64,000 bases of DNA from an uncultured Actinomycetes bacterium. Its GTDB lineage: Bacteria > Actinomycetota > Thermoleophilia > UBA2241. The first letter of the stretch is position 1. Every line of letters begins with the position of its first letter. Below, in pieces: positions 58,054-64,000 of the stretch. The position numbers and the translations under genes are program-made. Location of the stretch: positions 378,701 through 442,700 of the forward strand of contig CAVWIH010000014.1 of the NCBI GenBank assembly GCA_963755025.1, written 5' to 3'. A model generated the notes under the pieces. That model ran no database searches. It had not been told where the DNA came from and was given only the letters and a program-made list of their open reading frames with translations.

Positions 58054-60806
58054 ATGAGACGGATCTTGGTCGCGGGCATCGTCGTTGTCGCAGTGGCGTG
58101 CCTGGGGGGCGTCGTCGCCGGTTCCGCTCACGCCTACGTGCCCGACGGCACTCAAGGTTGGTACTGGCAGATGCCGCAGCCCGCGGCCGGTCTGGCCGAC
58201 GTCACCTTCGCCGACGCCGGCGACGCCTGGGCGGTGGGGGCCGGCGGGGTCATCCTGCACAGCACCGACGCCGGCCAGACCTGGGCGGCCCAGCAGTCCG
58301 GCACCGTCGACGACCTCGATTCGGTGAGCTTCGCCGACGCCCAGCACGGCTGGGCCTCCGGCGCGTCGACCTGGGACGACCCCGGGCAAAACGTCGTCCT
58401 CGCCACCACCGACGGCGGCGCAACCTGGGTCGACCGCACCCCCAGCGGCCTCACCCGGACCCTGACCAACGTCAGCTTCGTCGACGACCAGAACGGCTGG
58501 GCGGGCACGACGAGCGGCTATGCGGCGCATACGACCGACGCCGGCCTCACCTGGACCACCAGGCGTGTCGGGACCGCCAAGGGCGCGCTCGCCGTCGACT
58601 TCGCGAGCGCCTCCAGAGGCTGGGCCACAGAGGATGGCGACGTCGTGTGGCGCACGACCAACGGCGGGGCGACCTGGTCGATCGTGCATCGCTTCGACAC
58701 TCAAGAATTCGTCGACTTCACCGACTCGAGTCACGGCTGGGCTGCGCTGGGGACCTATGGCAACGAGAGCGTATCGTTCTCCTTTCTTGCTACCAGCGAC
58801 GGCGGCGTCCACTGGCGCGTCGTGCGCCGCATCGCCGACGCCTGGATCTCTGCGTTCCACACCTCGAGCCCTCTCTACGCCGCCTTCGTCGGCGTGGTCG
58901 AGAACGGCAGCACGGTCTCCGACTCTCTGGCGGGCTCCTACATCGTGAGCGCGACCACCGACGGCGGCATGAGCTGGACCACGCGGCACATAGGGAGGAC
59001 CCTTGCGCCTGCGGCGATTGCGGGCCGAGGCAGCGCGCTGTGCGCGGTGGGCGAAGGCATCGTCGCCTTGGCCGACGCCGGCGGCTCCTGGAGCGCGGCG
59101 AGCTCCGGCCAGCAGTACTCGCTCAACGACGGCGTGGCGGTCTCGTCGTCCGACCTGTGGGCGGTCGACGACGGGGGTGCACTCCTGCATAGCTCCGACG
59201 GCCGGCAGTGGGCGGAACAGCCCAGCCCCGTGCGCTGGTCGCAGGAGCTGCGCGCCCTGAGCTTCCCCGACGTAAACGACGGCTGGCTCGTGGGGACCAC
59301 CCAGTCGTTCTCGGCGGGGTCATCTTGCACACCTCCGACGGCGGCGCCACCTGGAGTCCCCAGGCGTCGAGCCTCGCCGGGGGCTTGTCGGCGTCGATTT
59401 CGTCGACGCCGCGAACGGCTGGGCGATCAGCGACGACCCCTGGGGCTCCGGGAACGGCGGCGCCATGACGGCGATCGAACGCACGACCGACGGCGGGGCG
59501 TCGTGGCTGGCGCAGTACGTGAACGGCAATCCGTCGCTGACCGCTGTCGATTTCGTCGACGCGACGACCGGCTGGGCGGGGGGCAGCGCCGCGAACGGCG
59601 AGGCGGCAGTCGTGTACAAGACGACCGACGGCGGCCAGAGCTGGGCGACCGAGGCGCTGCCTAAGGGGCTTACGGGTCTCAGCGGCCTGCAGTTTATAGA
59701 CCAGAACGAGGGCTGGGCGGTCGGCTCGAGCTTCGCGGAGTCCTCGGCGCCCACGCCGCAGGGCTGGCTGCTGCACACCACCGACGGCGCGCCACCTGGG
59801 CTGCGGTGACCACGGCGCCCGCGGGATCGTTCGTCGACGCGGTCCACTTTCTCGACTCCCAGCACGGCTGGCTGGCGGGGCTGGGCGTCGGGCCACCACC
59901 GACGGCGGCGCCACCTGGGCGAAGGTCGCCGGCGGCGAGACGACGACGATCGCCGCTACCGACGCGACACACGTGTGGGCCTTTGGTGACGGCATCGTCG
60001 CGACGCTCGACGGCGACGGCGGCGATGCTGCCCCGCCGCAGACCCTCGACGACGCCGACTGGGCCTGGCACCGTCTCCGGTCACGATCGCGCTGACCGCG
60101 AGCGACACGGGCGGCTCCGGCGTCAAGGACACGCAGTTCAGCTCGGACGGCGGCTCCACCTGGCAGCCGGGAACGGCGATCGCCGTGCCCGCGCCGGCCG
60201 ACACCCACGCGAACGACGGCGAGCACATCTTCCTCTACCGCTCGACAGACAACGCCGGCAACACCGAGGCGACCGAGATCTGCGGCGTGGGCATCGACAC
60301 CGTCGGGCCGGTCTGCGGTGCGCTCAAGAACGCGACCGCCGGCGCCGGCAAGTCGGCCATCGTGCGCTTCAAGGCCGCCGACGTGACCAGCGGCGTGGCC
60401 GTGGCGACGGTCCGCATCGAGACCCGTGCCGGCCGCGTCGTGCACACGCTGGTCGCCCGCTCCGGCGACTGGTCCATGGACCCGGCGCCCGCCTACCCGC
60501 TGGCTGCGCTTCACCTGCAAGCTCAAGCCCGGACTGTACCGCGTGGTGGTGCGCGCCGTCGACCGCGCCGGCAACCTGCAAACCAGGACCGGCCGCGGCT
60601 GGCTGCGCGTGGTGCGTAGCGGCGGACCGAAGGCCACGCCGCCATTCTGGCCTTCCGGACTGCCGGCGAGGGGCCTGCGTCCGGCGCGCCCCGGCAGCGG
60701 CTCGCGGGCGCGCCCAGCGCGCGCCGGCCTCCTCGGGTCGCTGTGGAGTGAGCCGCCGTGGCAGGCGGGCGGCGGGCGGCTCGCCGTCACAGATATGGCA
60801 GAGTAG
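58054..60806 (+). CDS. Secreted YCF48/BNR-repeat beta-propeller protein with C-terminal Ig-like domains, several frameshifts
   Basis: Many TTDGGATW-type repeats with FxDxxxGW across ORFs 57949-59664, 59465-59809 and following; SDTGGSGV, YRSTDNAGN, AVDRAGN. Confidence 0.75.
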
Positions 60807-60841
60807 AAGGCGGACGCGACACCGACAGGGGAGAAAAGCCC

Positions 60842-62304
60842 ATGGCAATCGCTCTCACCCCCAAGACCACGATCGGCACGCTGCTCAAGGACTATCCGTT
60901 CCTGCTCGACTTCCTGGCCGACTACCACCCCGAGCTCAAGAAGCTCACCAACCCGGTCATGCGGCGCACCATGGGCCGCACCGCGACCCTCGAACGGGTC
61001 GCGGCGCAGTGCGAGGTGCCGCTCGACCGCCTCATGAACGACGTGGCCGCCGAGGTCGCGAGGGTGACCGGCGAGCGCCCGGAGATCGCGCAGACCGCGG
61101 TCGCCGGCATCGACCCCGTGCGCCAGGAGGAACTGAAGGCGATCATCACCGCGCTGCATACCGGTAGCACGCCCGACGACGTCAAGCCGCGCTTCGCCGC
61201 GCTGATCGGCGACATCGAACCTACCGAGATCGCCGCCATGGAAGAGGCGCTCATGGCCGAAGGCCTGCCCGAAGACGAGGTCAAGCGGCTCTGCGACGTG
61301 CACGTGCAGGTCTTCGCGGACGCCCTCGAGGACCACGAGCCGGTTGCCGCTCCCCAGGGCCACCCCATCGACACCTTCCAGCGCGAGAACCAGGCGTTGC
61401 TGCAGATCACGCAGTCCATCCGCAAAGTGGCGGAGCGCATAGGCACGCCGCCTGGCGCCGCCGAATGGCAGCGGCTGAAGCCCGCCCTGGCGGCGTTGGT
61501 CGACCGCCTGCTCACCGTCGACCGCCACTACCTGCGCAAAGAGAACCAGCTCTTCCCGTTCCTCGAGAAGCACGGCGTCGAGGGTCCGGCCAAGGTCATG
61601 TGGGCCCTGCACGACGACATCCGCACCGTGCTCAAGGAGCTGCGCGGCGCGCTCGCCGACGACGATGCCGCAGCCGCCGTGCACGCCGCCACCGAAGCCG
61701 CCATCATGGCCGACGACATGGTCGTGAAAGAAGAGAAGATCCTCTTTCCCATGGCGGTCGACACGCTCTCCGAGGCGGAGTGGCGCGAGATCCGCGCCGG
61801 CGAGCCCGAGATCGGCTACTCGCTGATCACCGACGTGCCGAGCTGGCCGGGCGCCGGCGCCGAAGGCGCCACGCCGGCGCCGCCCGTCGCCGCCGGCTCG
61901 AGCGAGTTCCTGCAACTGCACACCGGCGGCATGAGCCTCGAACAGCTCAACCTCATGCTGGGCAAGCTGCCGCTCGACGTGAGTTTCGTCGACGAGCACG
62001 ACGAGGTGCGCTTTTACTCAGAGGGCGAGCGCGTGTTCCCGCGCTCGCCGGGCGTCATTGGCCGCAAGGTGCAGAACTGCCACCCGCCGGCCAGCGTGCA
62101 CAAGGTGCAGGCGATCATCGACGCCTTCCGCGCCGGCCGCGAGGAGACCGCCGAGTTCTGGCTCACCCTCGACGAGAAGTTCCTGCATATCCGCTACTTC
62201 GCCGTACGCGACGCCGAGGGCGCCGACCGCGGCGTGCTCGGTACCCGCAGAACGTGACGGCCATCCGCGCGCTCGAGGGGCAGCGGCGCTTGCTCGACTG
62301 GTAA
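60842..62304 (+). CDS. DUF1858/DUF438-hemerythrin-PAS protein, frameshifted near 62245
   Basis: LTNPVMRRTMGR, LCDVHVQVF, GHPIDTFQREN, HYLRKENQLFP, MWALHDDIR, IGRKVQNCHPPAS; ends LEGQRRLLDW. Confidence 0.9.
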
Positions 62305-62371
62305 GCTGGCGCGCGGCGAGCGGGTGCTCACGCGCGCCCTCGACCACGCCGACGGCGACGAAAGGACACAC

Positions 62372-63330
62372 GTGGCCCTGAACGACTACCCGATCGACCT
62401 GCGGGTCGACTACCCGCCGCGCAGCTCGCGCGCCTGGGCCGCACTGACCATCGTCTGGATCAAGTTCGTCGCCCTCATACCCCACTTCTTCGTGCTGGCC
62501 TTTCTCGGCATCGCCCAGCTCGTCGTGGCGTTCGTCGCGCAGATCGTGGCGGCCATCAAGGGGGAGTACCCGCAGGGCATGTTCACGTTCGTGGCCGGCG
62601 TGCTGCGCTGGAACACTCGGGCTTTCGCGTTCTTCTTCTCGATCACCGACCGCTACCCGCCGTTCGCGCTCAACCCGACCCGACGTACCCGGTCGATGGG
62701 TGCTCGAGCGCCCGCCCGCAGCAGCCGTACGCCGTCTTCACCGTCATCGTCCAGGTCGCGCTCGTCGTCGCCTTCATCGCGTTCATCGTCTACCTCATCC
62801 ACCAGGGCTCGAACACGACGACGTTCGACAGCGACAACGTCAGCGCTCCGCGCCTCAACTTTGGCTCGCCGACCGGCGGTGGCGGTCTGGTGCTGCGCGA
62901 CCTCGCCGCGCTGCCGCACTACATCGTGCTGTTGGTCCTGGGCATCGCCGCGGCCGTCGTGTGGATCGTGGTGCAGTGGGTCATCCTCTTCGCCGCCGCC
63001 TACCCGCGGGGCATGTTCGACTTCAGTGCCGGAGTCCTGCGCTTGCAGACGCGGGTCAGGGGCTACGCCCTCGGCCTGAGCGACCGCTACCCGCCGTTCA
63101 CCCTCGAGCCGTCGATCGGTGCGACGGCGCCCGGTCTCGCGCCGGCTGCCTGGGGCGCCACGGCCGTGCCCGGCGCCGCGCCTGCGTCGGCGCCGCCCGC
63201 CTGGTATGTCGACCCCTCCGGACGCCACACCCACCGCTACTGGGACGGCGCGCAGTGGACCCCGCACGTGGCCGACGGCGGGCAGGCCTCGTACGAGCCG
63301 CTCGTGGGTCCGGGAGCGCCGGGCGCCTGA
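62372..63330 (+). CDS. DUF4389 membrane protein with C-terminal DUF2510, frameshifted near 62675-62730
   Basis: Two LIPH/LPHY...DRYPPF repeats; AWYVDPSGRHTHRYWDGAQWT. Confidence 0.85.
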
Positions 63331-63396
63331 CACGGGGCCGGCTGCGCGGACCGGCGGCGACCCGCCCGGCTACGCCGCCATCTCACGAGTGTGCCG

Positions 63397-64000
63397 TCAG
63401 CCCACCTTGGGCGCCGCGAAGGCATGCGGCAAGGCACGCAGTACGGCGTCGACCACCAGGCGGGTCGTGTCGGGCCGCAGGTGCACGCCGTCGTAAAAGC
63501 CAGTGGCGGAGCCGCCGATGCTCGACAGCCGGCTGAAATCGAGGACGTTGAAGCGCGTGCTGCGTTGCAACCCGCGCAGATAGGCGAGCACCAGGCGATC
63601 GCGTGCCTGCCACCCGTGGCGGTAGATGGCCGCCAGGTAGCGCGGCTGCAGGGGCGCCAGCACGACCGTCGGCCGGGCGCCCATGTCGTTCATGAGGCGG
63701 AGGGTCAGCACGAAGTAGTGGCTGCCCGGATCGATGCGCGGTGGCTGTCGGCGGTAGAAGCGCAATGCGGCCGCGATGTCGCCGTTGACCCGCCGCCGAA
63801 ACGACCGCACCGAAGCGGCGGCAGAGATGGGGTCGGCGATCGTGAAGCCGTTGGGTGCGATGACGCTGGGCTCCTTGGCGCCGGCGAGCAGGGCTGTGTT
63901 CGCCAAGGCGCGAGGCGACCGAGCTGCGACTCGACCAGCGCACTCGGCAAAAAGCGCGCCAGGAACGGATCTTCGAGCAGGGCCGCCCCCGGCGAGAACT
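63397..64000 (-). CDS. Partial hypothetical protein, possibly SGNH/DltD-like; runs off the window edge
   Basis: VVLAPLQP and FYDGVHL (DxxH) near C-terminus; 5' part outside window and probably frameshifted near 63910. Confidence 0.5.
   Translation of the reverse strand, partial: VLAGGGPARRSVPGALFAECAGRVAARSPRALANTALLAGAKEPSVIAPNGFTIADPISAAASVRSFRRRVNGDIAAALRFYRRQPPRIDPGSHYFVLTLRLMNDMGARPTVVLAPLQPRYLAAIYRHGWQARDRLVLAYLRGLQRSTRFNVLDFSRLSSIGGSATGFYDGVHLRPDTTRLVVDAVLRALPHAFAAPKVG

Overview
High-GC (roughly 70%) bacterial DNA with Actinomycetota-like hallmarks: leaderless TetR gene, TTGACA/TAnnnT promoters, DUF2510 and the small RWYRW hydrophobic protein. It also has anaerobe-type genes (corrinoid methyltransferases, DUF438-hemerythrin-PAS). 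Many genes carry 1-bp frameshifts, most likely long-read assembly indels. The main feature (about 2.2-20 kb) is a methylamine demethylation region. It has two trimethylamine-methyltransferase (MttB) paralogs and one dimethylamine-methyltransferase (MtbB), each with an in-frame TAG exactly at the conserved pyrrolysine position. It also has a non-pyrrolysine MttB-family gene, one corrinoid protein, two APC permeases, a TetR regulator with a shared palindromic operator (TTAGTTA-n2-TAACTAA) and an adjacent single-barrel MetE-like enzyme. TAG is still a common stop codon in the window. Each of the three pyrrolysine TAGs is preceded by a rare TTA/TTG codon and followed by a long hairpin built from atypical A/T-ending codons. 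The hairpin is conserved between the two mttB paralogs and is a candidate bacterial PYLIS-like recoding element. The pyl biosynthesis/decoding genes are not in this window. Other content: two ammonium transporters (one with an altered Phe gate), a 10-gene sugar uptake/catabolism operon convergent with phosphoketolase, a signal peptidase I fused to a canonical C2H2 zinc finger, a modular secreted lysozyme-like/beta-helix protein, TetR-controlled efflux and oxidoreductase units, and a two-component system. No rRNA, tRNA, CRISPR array or transposase was found.
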